NCBI GenBank assembly: GCA_002699085.1
Contig: PAAR01000028.1
Coordinates: 161,105 to 225,104 of the forward strand
Source of the DNA: Micavibrio sp.
GTDB lineage: Bacteria > Pseudomonadota > Alphaproteobacteria > Micavibrionales > UBA9664
Direction of reading: 5' to 3'
Length of the DNA stretch: 64,000 bases
Part shown: positions 38,681 to 48,500 of the stretch, piece by piece
Position numbering within the stretch: the stretch's first letter is position 1
Layout: every line of letters starts with the position of its first letter
Notes under the pieces: model-generated
The model's database searches: none
What the model was told of the DNA's origin: nothing
What the model saw: the letters and a program-made list of their open reading frames with translations, nothing else
Translations under genes and position numbers: made by a program

Positions 38681-39220
38681 TTATTTGTTCTGATTATAGT
38701 AATGCCATGCTTTTTGTGTGTAGTCTATGGCTGTAATGAAGGTTAGAATAGCGGCAATCGCCAGTGACCCTAAGCCGAGCCAGTAAATGTAATCATGGAA
38801 TTCTGCTAAAAATAGTGCAGCCACAGCAACCATTTGCATGGTGGTTTTCCATTTGGCAAGTTTTGTCACAGCAGCAATGGGTTTATCATAACCAACAAAG
38901 CCACGAATGCCGGGTACCCATATTTCACGTAGGATAATGACGATAGGGGCGATCACCCAAAGACCTGTTAAACGACCAATATCAACAAAAACGATGAGGA
39001 CGGCAGCAACGAGAAGTTTATCTGCAATAGGGTCTAAAAATGCACCTAGAGCAGATGTTTGATTCCATTTTCGCGCCAGATAACCATCAAAAAAATCAGT
39101 AATCGTAAGAATGACAAATAACATAAAGGCTGCTGCATCATAGCCCGCCATAAGCAAATAAATTTGCGGAATAATTAGGATGACACGAGAAAGTGTTAGT
39201 AAGGTCGGGATGTTAAGCAT
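38681..39220 (-). CDS. pgsA: CDP-diacylglycerol--glycerol-3-phosphate 3-phosphatidyltransferase
   Basis: CDP-alcohol phosphotransferase motif DFFDGYLARKWNQTSALGAFLDPIADK. The ATG overlaps the ctrA stop by 1 nt. Confidence 0.9.
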   Translation of the reverse strand: MLNIPTLLTLSRVILIIPQIYLLMAGYDAAAFMLFVILTITDFFDGYLARKWNQTSALGAFLDPIADKLLVAAVLIVFVDIGRLTGLWVIAPIVIILREIWVPGIRGFVGYDKPIAAVTKLAKWKTTMQMVAVAALFLAEFHDYIYWLGLGSLAIAAILTFITAIDYTQKAWHYYNQNK

Positions 39221-39924
39221 TATCCAGACGCTGCAACTTTATTGCTCGGTGTTGGTTCACGCAGTACATAGCCACGTCCCCAAACTGTCTCAATATAGTT
39301 GTCGCCACCTGAGGCATCCTCGATTTTCTTGCGCAATTTACAGATGAAAACATCAATGATTTTTACTTCAGGTTCGTCCATCCCACCATATAAATGGTTT
39401 AGGAACTGTTCTTTGGTTAATGTTGAGCCTTTACGAAGTGCTAAAAGCTCCAAAATGCCGTATTCCTTACCTGTTAAGTGAACAGGGGTGTCATCGACTT
39501 GGACTGTACGAGAATCTAGATTAACACGCACTTTACCAACGATGATTTCGCTGTGAGCGTGACCTTGAGAGCGGCGAACAATAGCGTGTATACGTGCCAT
39601 AAGTTCACGTTTATCGAAAGGCTTTGTCAGATAGTCGTCTGCACCAAAGCCAAGACCTTGTATTTTATTGTCAAGTTCAGCCAAGCCTGAGAGAATTAGA
39701 ATAGGTGTTTCTACTTTTGAGGCACGCAGTTGTTTTAAAACATCGTAGCCATCCATATCTGGCAGCATAAGATCAAGAATGATAATGTCGTAATCATAGA
39801 CTTTACCTAGGTCTAAGCCATCTTCACCAAGGTCGGTTACATCAACGACATAGCCTTCACCTTTAAGCATTAATTCAATGTTTTTTGCTACTGAGCTGTC
39901 ATCCTCGACAAGTAATACACGCAT
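39220..39924 (-). CDS. ctrA: Cell-cycle response regulator CtrA (OmpR-family)
   Basis: Near-collinear with Caulobacter CtrA as I recall it. Matching segments include MRVLLVEDD..., [57 protein letters not shown] and [13 protein letters not shown]. Confidence 0.93.
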   Translation of the reverse strand: MRVLLVEDDSSVAKNIELMLKGEGYVVDVTDLGEDGLDLGKVYDYDIIILDLMLPDMDGYDVLKQLRASKVETPILILSGLAELDNKIQGLGFGADDYLTKPFDKRELMARIHAIVRRSQGHAHSEIIVGKVRVNLDSRTVQVDDTPVHLTGKEYGILELLALRKGSTLTKEQFLNHLYGGMDEPEVKIIDVFICKLRKKIEDASGGDNYIETVWGRGYVLREPTPSNKVAASG

Positions 39925-39974
39925 ATTTCTTTACCTCACATAAAGTCGTTTATTTTCATTAGGCTATTCTATTC

Positions 39975-40000
39975 GTAACACAATGTTAACACTTATTAAC
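39975..40000. promoter_or_regulatory. CtrA-box-like cluster in the ctrA-fliI divergent region: GTAA-N7-TTAA-N6-TTAAC
   Basis: Sequence GTAACACAATGTTAACACTTATTAAC. It has the same three-half-site geometry as 9758..9783. One half-site is imperfect. Confidence 0.4.
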
Positions 40001-40047
40001 AAATTTGTAAAAATAATATTAAGAAAGGTTAATATTTTTATGATAGA

Positions 40048-41424
40048 ATGGTCTATATGACGCACCGTGTTTCCGAAAAAGTAAAAGCCGTTATCGATTC
40101 TCTGGATACAGAGATCATGTATGGCCGTGTGACTAAAATTCTTGGGCTTCTTGTTGAAATGACAGGTTTTGGTGAGAGCTTACATATTGGCTCTCGGGTG
40201 ACGTTGCGTCCACAACACGCAAAGCCCGTGCCGTGTGAGGTTATTGGTTTCCATGACGATCAGGCCTTGCTCATGCCTTTTGGGACATTGGATGGTGTAG
40301 GGTTAGGCTGCCGTGCCGATATCCACGCCCATCAACCCATGGTATACCCCAATAAAAGCTGGCTAGGGCGTATCGTTAATGCTTTAGGTGAGCCTGTTGA
40401 TGGAAAAGGGCCTTTGATAAAAGGGAATACACCCGTGCCAATTAAAAATACACCACCCACGCCCTATGATAGGCAGCGTGTCGGCGATGTTTTAGACCTT
40501 GGTGTTAAAGTGATGAATACGTTTATTGCAACGTGTTTCGGTCAACGTATGGGCATTTTCTCAGGCTCTGGGGTTGGTAAATCAGTACTCTTATCGATGA
40601 TGGCACGTTATACAGAGGCCGAAATTTCAGTCATTGGCTTGGTTGGGGAACGTGGTCGTGAGGTGCAAGAGTTTATCCAAGATGATTTAGGTGAAGAGGG
40701 TCTAAAACGCTCTGTTGTCATTGTGGCAACAGGGGATGAGCCTGCACTTATGCGTCGTCAAGCAGCTTATCTGACTTTGTCAGTGGCAGAATACTTCCGC
40801 GCGCAGAATAAGCAGGTTTTATGCATGATTGACTCATTGACACGTTTTGCCATGGCGCAACGGGAAATTGGTCTTTCTGCGGGCGAGCCGCCAACCTCAA
40901 AAGGTTATCCACCTACGACATTTTCTGAATTAGCAAGGCTTTTAGAACGTGCTGGCCCTGGTGTCGAGGGGGAAGGCAGTATCACCGGATTATTTTCAGT
41001 GCTTGTTGAGGGCGATGACCATAACGAGCCAGTATCCGATGCCGTGCGTGGTATTATTGATGGACATATTGTGATGGAGCGTGAGATTGCAGATCGTGGA
41101 CGTTATCCAGCGATCAATATTTTAAAATCAGTCTCTAGGACGATGCCAGATTGTCACGACGAAGAGCAGCAGGCGATTATTCGTCGTGCGAAGCAGCTAG
41201 TGTCAACCTATGAGGATATGGCCGAGCTCATTCGCTTAGGAGCCTATCGAAAAGGCTCTGACCCGAAGGTCGATGAGGCGATTAAATATTATGATCAAAT
41301 CGAGGAGTTCTTGCGCCAAAATAAAGGGCAGCATCAATCCATCGATGAAAGCTTTGCAACTTTAGCCGCAATCCTCAATATGCCTTATAAAAATCCGCAA
41401 CAAGTTATGACTGAGAGTGAATAA
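40048..41424 (+). CDS. fliI: Flagellum-specific ATPase FliI
   Basis: Walker A GSGVGKS, Walker B region VLCMIDSLTRFA, F1-ATPase-like fold. Confidence 0.95.
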   Translation: MVYMTHRVSEKVKAVIDSLDTEIMYGRVTKILGLLVEMTGFGESLHIGSRVTLRPQHAKPVPCEVIGFHDDQALLMPFGTLDGVGLGCRADIHAHQPMVYPNKSWLGRIVNALGEPVDGKGPLIKGNTPVPIKNTPPTPYDRQRVGDVLDLGVKVMNTFIATCFGQRMGIFSGSGVGKSVLLSMMARYTEAEISVIGLVGERGREVQEFIQDDLGEEGLKRSVVIVATGDEPALMRRQAAYLTLSVAEYFRAQNKQVLCMIDSLTRFAMAQREIGLSAGEPPTSKGYPPTTFSELARLLERAGPGVEGEGSITGLFSVLVEGDDHNEPVSDAVRGIIDGHIVMEREIADRGRYPAINILKSVSRTMPDCHDEEQQAIIRRAKQLVSTYEDMAELIRLGAYRKGSDPKVDEAIKYYDQIEEFLRQNKGQHQSIDESFATLAAILNMPYKNPQQVMTESE

Positions 41425-41846
41425 TGGCAGATCTTTCAGGACTTATTCGCTTTCGTAAACATCAATTAGATGAAAAGCAAAAGTTTTTGGCGATGCTCTA
41501 TGTTGAAGCGGATCGTTTATTACAAGAAAAAGAAGTTGTGTTAGGCGATATTGAGCGTGAAAAAAATGCCTTTGAAGACCCTGAGTTTGTAGCTTTCACA
41601 GCTATTTCAAGTTTCGGCCATTTTCTCAAAGCCTCTAAGAAAAAAATTCAAGATATTGAGCAGCGTGAGCGGACATTGGATACACGTATTCAGATTGCGA
41701 TGAATGATATGCGTGAAGGTTTTGCTGATTTTAAAAAAGTCGAGATTACCCATAAGCGACGTTTAGAGGCTGCACGCAAAAAATTCACAGAGCGTGAAAA
41801 TAAAGTTTTTGAAGAAATTGCCTTAAATATCTTCCGTAACAAATAG
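41424..41846 (+). CDS. fliJ: Flagellar export protein FliJ
   Basis: 140-aa coiled-coil protein whose ATG overlaps the fliI stop. RFRKHQLDEKQ start typical of FliJ. Confidence 0.7.
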   Translation: MADLSGLIRFRKHQLDEKQKFLAMLYVEADRLLQEKEVVLGDIEREKNAFEDPEFVAFTAISSFGHFLKASKKKIQDIEQRERTLDTRIQIAMNDMREGFADFKKVEITHKRRLEAARKKFTERENKVFEEIALNIFRNK

Positions 41847-41883
41847 CCCTTTCCTTTAAGTAAAATATCTCTTAAAAAGAGCT

Positions 41884-42585
41884 ATGCGTGATGATACAGA
41901 AAATCAATTGGATGAAGCAAAAAAGCCCAGATTAAACTTTGGGGCACGTATCCGTGGTTACTTCATCGCAGGTCTTTTGGTTGTTGTGCCGATATCTATC
42001 ACACTTTATTTGACATTTTTATTTATCACATCTGTTGATGGATGGGTTGCGTCGCTTATTCCTGAAACATATCATTTCAGCAATTATTTTCCTTTTTCTA
42101 TCCCAGGCTTAGGATTGATAACGGTCTTTTTAGCGTTAGTTCTGGCTGGTTTTTTAGCGGCGAATTTCTTTGGCCGTTTCCTTATTCGTATTGGCGAATA
42201 TATGTTGGAACGTGTGCCTGTTATTCGTACAATTTATGGTGCGATTAAACAAATCATGGAAACTGTGTTGGCTAATCAATCAGAGGCTTTTCGTGAAGTT
42301 GTATTGATTGAATATCCTTTAAAAGGGACATGGGCGATTGGTTTTTTGACGGGTACAACAAGTGGTGAAGTGCAAACTGTCACCAAAGAAAAGGTTTTAA
42401 ATGTTTTTGTGCCTACAACACCCAATCCGACATCTGGTTTTTTACTTTTTGTTCCTGAAACAAGTATCTATAAATTGTCTATGACAGTTGAAGAGGGTAT
42501 AAAAATGGTTGTATCCGGAGGCATTGTCACGCCGCCAGATACATCTCCTAAGTCTCAAAAGAATGTTTTGTCGGCTAAAAGCTAG
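41884..42585 (+). CDS. DUF502 family membrane protein
   Basis: Two N-terminal TM segments, then RVPVIRTIYGAIKQI...EYPLKGTWAIGFLTG...VFVPTTPNPTSGFLLFVP. Confidence 0.8.
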   Translation: MRDDTENQLDEAKKPRLNFGARIRGYFIAGLLVVVPISITLYLTFLFITSVDGWVASLIPETYHFSNYFPFSIPGLGLITVFLALVLAGFLAANFFGRFLIRIGEYMLERVPVIRTIYGAIKQIMETVLANQSEAFREVVLIEYPLKGTWAIGFLTGTTSGEVQTVTKEKVLNVFVPTTPNPTSGFLLFVPETSIYKLSMTVEEGIKMVVSGGIVTPPDTSPKSQKNVLSAKS

Positions 42586-42669
42586 ACTTCTTAATTTATC
42601 ACTCTATTTCTATTCTAAATGAGAATCGTTCTTAATTACTTATTAAGAGTTTGATGATAGGATAAATAT

Positions 42670-42879
42670 ATGAGTAAAAATGTATGTAAAACAGGGACCT
42701 ATAGCTTAATGCACATGACGGTAGCTATCACTGTAGCTTTTGTTTTGTCAGGAAGCTGGCATGTTGCCTTAGCAATTGGGATGGTTGAGCCTTTGGTGCA
42801 GACTGTTGCTTATCATTTTCATGAAAAAATATGGAGCAAAGTGCAGCTTAAATCTGAAAAGACAGTTACCCAGCTTTAA
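42670..42879 (+). CDS. DUF2061 small membrane protein
   Basis: 69 aa with SLMHMTVAITVAFVLSG...EPLVQTVAYHFHEKIWSK. Confidence 0.65.
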   Translation: MSKNVCKTGTYSLMHMTVAITVAFVLSGSWHVALAIGMVEPLVQTVAYHFHEKIWSKVQLKSEKTVTQL

Positions 42880-44956
42880 AATAGCTTATGGCCTGACCAC
42901 GATCAAAAAGATGCAATAAAGTCTTCATGGCTTCACCACGAGGGCTTGTTAAATCATAATCTTTTTCGATTAATAATTGTGCATCATCTTTTGCCATTTC
43001 TAATAGTTTCTTATGCTCATCTAAATTAGCGAGCGAGAATTTGGGGAGGCCACTTTGCTTCGTGCCTAATACATCTCCCGTGCCACGTAGCTCTAAATCT
43101 TTTTCAGCAATGAGGAAGCCGTCTTCTGTTTGGCGCATAATCTGTAAACGCTCTTTGGCGGTTTCTGATAATTTACCGAACAGTAAAAAGCAATGTGATT
43201 GTTCTGAACCACGGCCTACACGGCCTCGTAATTGGTGGAGTTGTGACAGACCAAAACGTTCGGCATGTTCAATGACCATAATTGTGGCCTCTGGGACATC
43301 AACCCCGACTTCAATCACTGTCGTTGCAACAAGAATGTCAATTTGGCCTTTGCTAAACTTTTCCATGACAGCATCTTTGGCATCTGATTTCATTTGTCCG
43401 TGAACAAGACCAACACGGTCACCAAATTGTTTCTCTAATGATATATAGCGTTCTTCTGCGGCGGCTAAATCCATCACTTCCGATTCCTCAACGAGTGGAC
43501 AGACCCAATAGATGCGCTGGCCTTCATCTATCTTTGTTTTAAGTGAGCTGACAAGGTCTTCAATGCGTTCAAGACTTAGTAATAGTGTATCAATTGGCTT
43601 GCGCCCCTTTGGCTTTTCATCAAGACGTGAAACATCCATGTCACCAAAGACGGTTAGTGTTAATGTGCGTGGAATAGGGGTGGCGGTCATCACCAGCATA
43701 TCGGTATTCTCGCCTTTTTTGCCTAAGGTCATACGTTGATGAACACCGAAGCGGTGTTGCTCATCAATCACCACAAGGCTTAAGTTTTTATATTCAACCT
43801 TGTCTTGGAATAGAGCGTGTGTGCCGATGATTATTTGTGCTCCACCAGAGGCAATTTTTTCAAGGATAGAATCTCGGCTTTTACCTTTATCCCGCCCTGT
43901 TAAAATGACGCAGTTTAGACCGACTTTTTCAGCGACCTCTTCAATGGTTTTGGCGTGCTGGCGTGCCAAGATTTCAGTTGGTGCCATGATAGCGGCTTGT
44001 CGGCCACTCTCGACAGCAAGTGCCATGGCTAGAAGTGCGACAATAGTTTTACCTGCCCCCACATCACCTTGCAAAAGCCGAAGCATTTTTTGTGAGACAG
44101 ACATATCTGTATAGATTTCTTGTAGAGTGCGCTCCTGAGCGCTTGTCAATCTATAAGGAAGTGTCTCAATAATTTTTTGGCGCAAAACACCATCGCCTTT
44201 ATGTTCGATGCCCGCTTGCTTCTTACTGCGTGAACGGATGATCGCCAGAGTGAGTTGGTGTGATAATAGTTCATCATAGGCAAGACGTTCTCGGATGCTA
44301 CTATGGTCATTAAGCGCTGTATCTGAATTTGGGTGATGTAGAGCGGTTAGGCAATTTTTCCAACTATCCCATTTTTGGCGTTTTATGAGCGCTTCATCAT
44401 GCCATTCAGGCAGATCAGGGACTTGCTCAAGCGCTGCATGCATGGCCTTTTGCAATGTCTTAGGCGAAAGCCCTTGGGTCATTGGATAAATTGGCTCAAC
44501 GCTTGGTAGCTGAGCTTCTTCTGAAAGCGGTAGAATATAATCAGGATGGGTCATTTGTAACTTGCCCTGATAACGATCAAGCATACCACTGACAAGAATT
44601 GTTTCTCCCGTGGGAAGGTGCTTGTTTAAATAATCAGGATGCGCATTAAAAAAGACGAGTGTGATATCGCCAGTTTCATCTTTAGCGTCAATGCGGTAAG
44701 GCAGTCCTCGACGTTTTGACGGATTATGTTTGAGTATTGTAATTTTCAATGTGGCTATTTTGCCCTGTTGAGCATTGGCAATTGTCGGTCGGTAAGAGCG
44801 ATCAATAATATCGATTGGTTTGTGAAACAGAAGGTCTTTGAGGCGTTCTCCACCAACTAAATTATCGAGATATTGCCCGTTTTTAGGGCCGATACTCGGC
44901 AAGCCGCGGGTGCTTCTGAATAAGGGGTCGAGAATAAAGGGTCTTGCCTGTACCAT
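42866..44956 (-). CDS. recG: ATP-dependent DNA helicase RecG
   Basis: Wedge domain, helicase motif I GDVGAGKT and motif II VIDEQHRFG, and a TRG region. Confidence 0.95.
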   Translation of the reverse strand: MVQARPFILDPLFRSTRGLPSIGPKNGQYLDNLVGGERLKDLLFHKPIDIIDRSYRPTIANAQQGKIATLKITILKHNPSKRRGLPYRIDAKDETGDITLVFFNAHPDYLNKHLPTGETILVSGMLDRYQGKLQMTHPDYILPLSEEAQLPSVEPIYPMTQGLSPKTLQKAMHAALEQVPDLPEWHDEALIKRQKWDSWKNCLTALHHPNSDTALNDHSSIRERLAYDELLSHQLTLAIIRSRSKKQAGIEHKGDGVLRQKIIETLPYRLTSAQERTLQEIYTDMSVSQKMLRLLQGDVGAGKTIVALLAMALAVESGRQAAIMAPTEILARQHAKTIEEVAEKVGLNCVILTGRDKGKSRDSILEKIASGGAQIIIGTHALFQDKVEYKNLSLVVIDEQHRFGVHQRMTLGKKGENTDMLVMTATPIPRTLTLTVFGDMDVSRLDEKPKGRKPIDTLLLSLERIEDLVSSLKTKIDEGQRIYWVCPLVEESEVMDLAAAEERYISLEKQFGDRVGLVHGQMKSDAKDAVMEKFSKGQIDILVATTVIEVGVDVPEATIMVIEHAERFGLSQLHQLRGRVGRGSEQSHCFLLFGKLSETAKERLQIMRQTEDGFLIAEKDLELRGTGDVLGTKQSGLPKFSLANLDEHKKLLEMAKDDAQLLIEKDYDLTSPRGEAMKTLLHLFDRGQAISYFKAG

Positions 44957-45117
44957 CGGGGTATTATATCCCTTTAGACCTAGATTTCACCCTTTTTATG
45001 AAATTCTGCACATATCAAATTTTTAATAGATAGGTTTTTATGGCCTGAAGTGACTAGTGGGCTAATCACAAAGGACATGAAAATTTAGATATAAAAATTT
45101 GTTGTGCCTTTATAAGG

Positions 45118-45213
45118 TCGAGATTACACCATACATCTACTTTGTCAGGCAAGTTTGTAAGTGGAAGCACTTACGGCACTTGCCTTTCGCGTATCTGCAT
45201 GGTGTAATCCCGA
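45118..45213. repeat. 96-nt nested imperfect palindrome (three-tier hairpin) in the recG-sdhE divergent intergenic region
   Basis: The outer stem pairs 45118..45132 with 45199..45213 (14 bp, one A/C mismatch). The middle stem pairs 45147..45154 with 45178..45185 (8 bp). The inner stem pairs 45157..45163 with 45168..45174 (7 bp), with a GAAG loop. All pairs were checked by hand. Confidence 0.8.
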
Positions 45214-45248
45214 CAGAATTCACAAAAAGGGTTAAAACTAAGTCTCGC

Positions 45249-45512
45249 ATGAAAGAAAACCTTGAAGATAAAAGAAAACGTCTGATCTTTCGGTCATGGC
45301 ATCGTGGCACAAAGGAAATGGATCTTGTTATGGGGACATTTGCCGATAAGCATATGCCAATAATGGAAGAGCCTAACCTCTCTTTATATGACGATTTGCT
45401 CAGTGAATCTGATCCAGATTTATATAATTGGGTTACAGGGCGTGAAGACGTACCTGCTAATAAATTAAACCCCGTGCTTGAAATGTTATTGGCACATAAA
45501 TTCACAGGGTAA
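45249..45512 (+). CDS. sdhE: Succinate dehydrogenase flavinylation factor SdhE (DUF339/SDHAF2)
   Basis: RKRLIFRSWHRGTKEMDLVMGTF...LYDDLLSESDPDLYNWVTG. The ATG at 45249 gives the usual length of about 87 aa. Confidence 0.8.
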   Translation: MKENLEDKRKRLIFRSWHRGTKEMDLVMGTFADKHMPIMEEPNLSLYDDLLSESDPDLYNWVTGREDVPANKLNPVLEMLLAHKFTG

Positions 45513-45514
45513 AA

Positions 45515-48500
45515 ATGGCTGAGGCTGCACTAAAACAATCTGCTCAAAAACAATTAATCGCTGGTGCACCGAGCGGTGCGGATAGCTATTGGCTGGCGCA
45601 AAAGGCCAATGAATTGATGGCACAGGATCGTGTGTTGCTTCATATTGCTTTAGATGATGCGCATATTCAAAACATCGAAGAAATGTTGCATTTCTATGAT
45701 CCTCAAATAGAGGTAATGATTTTCCCTGCCTGGGATTGTTTGCCCTATGACCGTATCTCACCGAATAAAGAAATTTCAGCTCAGCGCATGGCGACACTGG
45801 CGAGACTATTGGCGATTAAAAATGAAAAAGTGCGTAAGCCTCGTGTTTTGCTGACTTCCGTCAATGCGATTATCCAAAAACTACCGCCTGTAAGTTTTTT
45901 TGATGCAGCAGCGTTTTCAGCCAAAATTGGTGACACTATCAATATTGAGCAGCTACAGCATTACCTAAGCGGTAACGGCTATGAACGGGTGCAAACGGTA
46001 AGAGAGCAGGGTGAGTTTGCGATTCGTGGAGGGATTATAGATTTGTTTCCACCAAGTATGGAAGAGCCTGTGCGCATCGATTTATTCGGTGATACAGTTG
46101 ATAGTCTACGCAGTTTTGATCCAGCGGATCAAACGACTACGGGTAAGGTTCAAAGTTTCTCGCTCAATCCTGTCACAGAATATTTACTCACCCCTGAAAC
46201 GATAGAAAAATTTCGGTCACAATATCGTGAAGCGTTTGGCTCCTTGGGGGTAAATGATCCTTTATATGAGGCCGTTTCAGAGGGGCGTCGTTATAATGGG
46301 GTCGAGCATTGGTTGCCACTTTTTTATGATGAGATGGCGACATTATTTGATTATCTGAATGAACCTTTTGTCACAGAAGATTATCAAGCCGATGTATCTC
46401 GTGAAGAGCGTTTATCTCAAGTGAAAGATTTTTATGATGCACGGATGAGTATGATCCAAGCGCATAAAGCCAAGCAAAAAAAGAGTAAGGATGTGTCGCT
46501 CTCTGGTGCCGTATACAACCCCATTCAGTGGGAGCGTTTGTTCGTTCCAAAACTTGGCCATGATGTTCTAGGCTTTGTGCCATTTCAAGGCGCAGAAGGT
46601 CAGATGATTTTTGATGATATGGGTGTCAAGAAAGGCCATGATTTTGCAGAAATCCGTAATCAACAAAACGGCGATGTATTCGGTGCATTAAAAGCACATA
46701 TTGAAGCGCAAGGCGATAAGGTTGTTATTATTGCTGCTTATTCAGAAGGCTCTCGTACGCGGTTAAAAGGCTTGCTGGAAACGGCCTCTATTAAAGACTT
46801 ACAAGAAATTGATACGTTTAAGGATATCAAAAAACTGCGTGAAAAAAATCGTATAGGGTTAGCGATTATACCTGTTGAGCAAGGTTTAGTGTTTGATGAT
46901 TTTATTATCCTGACTGAGCAAGATATTTTAGGTGATCGCCTAAGTCGTACCTCAAAGACTAAAAAACGTAAGAGCGACAATTTCATCCGTGAAGTCTCGG
47001 CACTGGCTGAGGGTGATTATATTATTCATATGGATCACGGTATTGGTCGCTTTATGGGACTTGAAACTTTGGAAGCGGCAGGCACCCGCCATGACTGTTT
47101 GAAATTAGTGTACGCCGGTGATGACCGTTTATTCATTCCTGTTGAGAATATTGATATGCTGTCACGCTATAGTGGTAGTGATAGCATTGTTCAGCTTGAT
47201 AAGCTCGGTGGTGCTGGGTGGCAAGCGCGTAAAGCACGGGTCAAGAAGAACCTGATGGAAATTGCTGATGAGCTATTAAAAATAGCGGCGGCTCGCCAAC
47301 TAAAACAGGCTGATAAGTTAGAAATTCCTGAAGGGCTCTATAATGAGTTTGCGGCTCGTTTCCCTTACCCAGAAACCGATGACCAATTACGGGCAATTTA
47401 CGATGTAATGATGGATTTAAAAAAGGGCATGCCAATGGATCGCCTTGTTTGTGGTGATGTTGGCTTTGGTAAAACCGAAATTGCTATACGTGCGACATTC
47501 ATTGCGGCAATGTCTGGCGATCAAGTGGCGATCGTGGCGCCAACAACATTGCTCGCCCGTCAGCATTTTGAAAACTTTAACAAACGGTTTGCGGGAACTG
47601 GTTTAAGGGTAGCGCAGCTTTCTCGCATGGTATCAGCCAAAGAAGCTAAGCTTGTCCGAGACGGTTTAAGAGAAGGCTCAATTCATATCGTTATCGGCAC
47701 GCATGCTTTATTTGCCCAAGAAACAAAATTTGCCAAATTAGGCTTATTGATTGTCGATGAAGAACAACGCTTTGGCGTAAAGCAGAAAGAGAAGCTAAAA
47801 GCACTTAAAGAAAATGTGCATGTGCTGACATTAACAGCCACACCGATCCCACGTACATTGCAGATGTCTTTAACGGGTGTGAAAGAAATGAGCATTATTG
47901 CGACACCACCCGTTGACCGTTTGGCGATCCGTACTTTTGTTTTGCCTTATGACCCTTTGGTCATTCGTGAAGCGTTGTTACGAGAATATCACCGCGGCGG
48001 ACAGAGTTTCTACGTATGTCCACGAGTAAAAGATATTCAAAAATTGAAAGAAGCTTTAGATGAGCTTGTGCCAGAGTTAAAAGTGATTGCGGTGCATGGT
48101 CAGTTAACCCCAACAGAACTTGAAGAGCGCATGAACGCTTTTTATGATCGCCAATATGATATTTTGCTGGCGACTAATATTATCGAAAGCGGCATTGATA
48201 TTCCTACAGCGAATACAATGATTATTCATCGTGCTGATATGTTTGGTTTGGCACAGCTTTATCAGATAAGGGGTCGTATTGGTCGTTCTAAACTCCGTGG
48301 CTATGCATATCTCACTTATGAGCAGAATAAAGTCTTGGGCGCTATTGCTGTTAAACGTCTGGAAGTATTAGAGATGCTTGATACATTAGGCGCAGGCTTC
48401 CAATTGGCTAGCCATGATATGGATATTCGTGGTTCTGGTAATTTGCTCGGTGAACAGCAATCTGGCCATATCAAGGAAGTCGGGGTCGAGCTTTATCAGC

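Noticed and set aside
42632-42646. A perfect TTAA-N7-TTAA (TTAATTACTTATTAA) upstream of the DUF2061 gene.
   Set aside because: It is part of a 7-bp palindrome (TCTTAAT/ATTAAGA) that ends only 24 nt before the ATG, which is too close for a normal promoter. It more likely reflects AT-rich palindromic sequence or a terminator-like hairpin after the DUF502 gene. I keep it only as a possible CtrA site.
45099-45248. A 50-codon N-terminal extension of the sdhE ORF, and the antisense ORF 45137..45505.
   Set aside because: SdhE-family proteins are about 85-90 aa and the conserved sequence starts at the ATG at 45249. The extension is Cys/Tyr/His-rich and coincides with the nested palindrome.
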